Assembly (NCBI GenBank): GCA_001643675.2
Contig: LSRY02000007.1
Span: 1,674,001-1,738,000, forward strand
Direction of reading: 5' to 3'
Source of the DNA: Monocercomonoides exilis PA203
Lineage: Eukaryota > Protista > Preaxostyla
Length of the DNA: 64,000 bases
Shown here: piece after piece, positions 63,356 through 64,000 of the stretch
How positions within the stretch are numbered: the first letter of the stretch is position 1
Layout of the letters: every line of letters begins with the position of its first letter
Made by a program: the position numbers and the translations under genes
The notes under the pieces: model-generated
Seen by the model: the letters and a program-made list of their open reading frames with translations, nothing else
The model's database searches: none
What the model was told of the DNA's origin: nothing

Positions 63356-64000
63356 CTAAATCTGAGATTGCAAGACTTGCCATTCTTCTTCACTTGCTGC
63401 ACTGCTTAAGGCTTGCTGGTTACTGGAAGGGCGGTTATTGTCAGAGGCTATCACTAAGTCAATAGCATCAGACATCGTGAGCACGGCAGTGCCGTCGGGA
63501 AAGCGCTGGATGAATTCTCTCTTTAAATTGGCAAGGGAAGGTCGATTGCTTTCTGTGCGCGACAAGCATTCTTTTGCGACGGTTGATAAAGATGAAGCGG
63601 CGAAAGCATCGATATAAGGTCTTTCTCCATTGACTATCTTCTGTCCTGCAACCTCTGCCTCATATTCTCCAAATGGGATCTGGAGTGTCAGACACTCCCA
63701 CAGCATCATCCCAATCGAGAATGCCACCGACTCCTTCGTTGCTTCCCTCTTCTTGTTGATCAGCAGCTCAGGCGCCTTCCACCGCAAACACTCTTTTTTG
63801 AAGCTATCTTCATCCTCAAACGCTGATGAGGGCAGAGAGTCATTATCATCATTATCATCACTGGCAGATGTGACAACAGTTGACGATGAAATGGATGACG
63901 AGTCTGAATCATCATCTGACAATAAGTCTGAATGCATCACAATACAAATGACCATGTGCTCCGAGAACAACACAATGTGCGGACTGAGATTGGCAAGAGA
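63356..64000 (-). CDS. C-terminal kinase-like domain of a gene running in from the window edge (tyrosine-kinase-like family)
   Basis: LRWKAPELL, SVAFSIGMMLWECLTLQIPFGE, IVNGERP, CLS.....RPSL are kinase subdomains VIII-XI. Confidence 0.85.
   Translation of the reverse strand, partial: SLANLSPHIVLFSEHMVICIVMHSDLLSDDDSDSSSISSSTVVTSASDDNDDNDSLPSSAFEDEDSFKKECLRWKAPELLINKKREATKESVAFSIGMMLWECLTLQIPFGEYEAEVAGQKIVNGERPYIDAFAASSLSTVAKECLSRTESNRPSLANLKREFIQRFPDGTAVLTMSDAIDLVIASDNNRPSSNQQALSSAASEEEWQVLQSQI

Overview
AT-rich, intron-containing eukaryotic DNA. The poly-Ser/Glu-bloated proteins, short introns with GTTTGA/GTATG donors and the GG-motif surface-protein/kinase pseudogene family resemble the oxymonad Monocercomonoides (inference, no search run). 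The window has three zones. (1) About 1-21.5 kb is a cluster of DNA transposons: a 987-bp foldback/MITE, a complete 7.7-kb hAT element (TIRs plus a perfect 8-bp TSD) carrying a broken transposase and about 4 kb of gene-fragment cargo, an abutting 7.5-kb TIR-bounded element filled with gene fragments and with no recognisable transposase, and an old MITE. (2) About 21.8-56.6 kb is a host-gene block: a giant (~6,680 aa) UBR1/2/3-type E3 ligase, Rab21, a divergent Rab32, a flavodoxin with a signal peptide and C-terminal TEEL, a nucleoplasmin-like protein, a hypothetical protein, a CNNM metal transporter and an Sfr1/Mei5-like protein. (3) About 57.5-64 kb holds a surface-protein pseudogene split by a TA-flanked pogo-type DD35D transposon, and the 3' end of a kinase-like gene. 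The most interesting signals are the two adjacent cargo-carrying (Pack-type) transposons, the candidate ER-lumenal flavodoxin, and the UBR ligase with a split RING and no visible UBR box.
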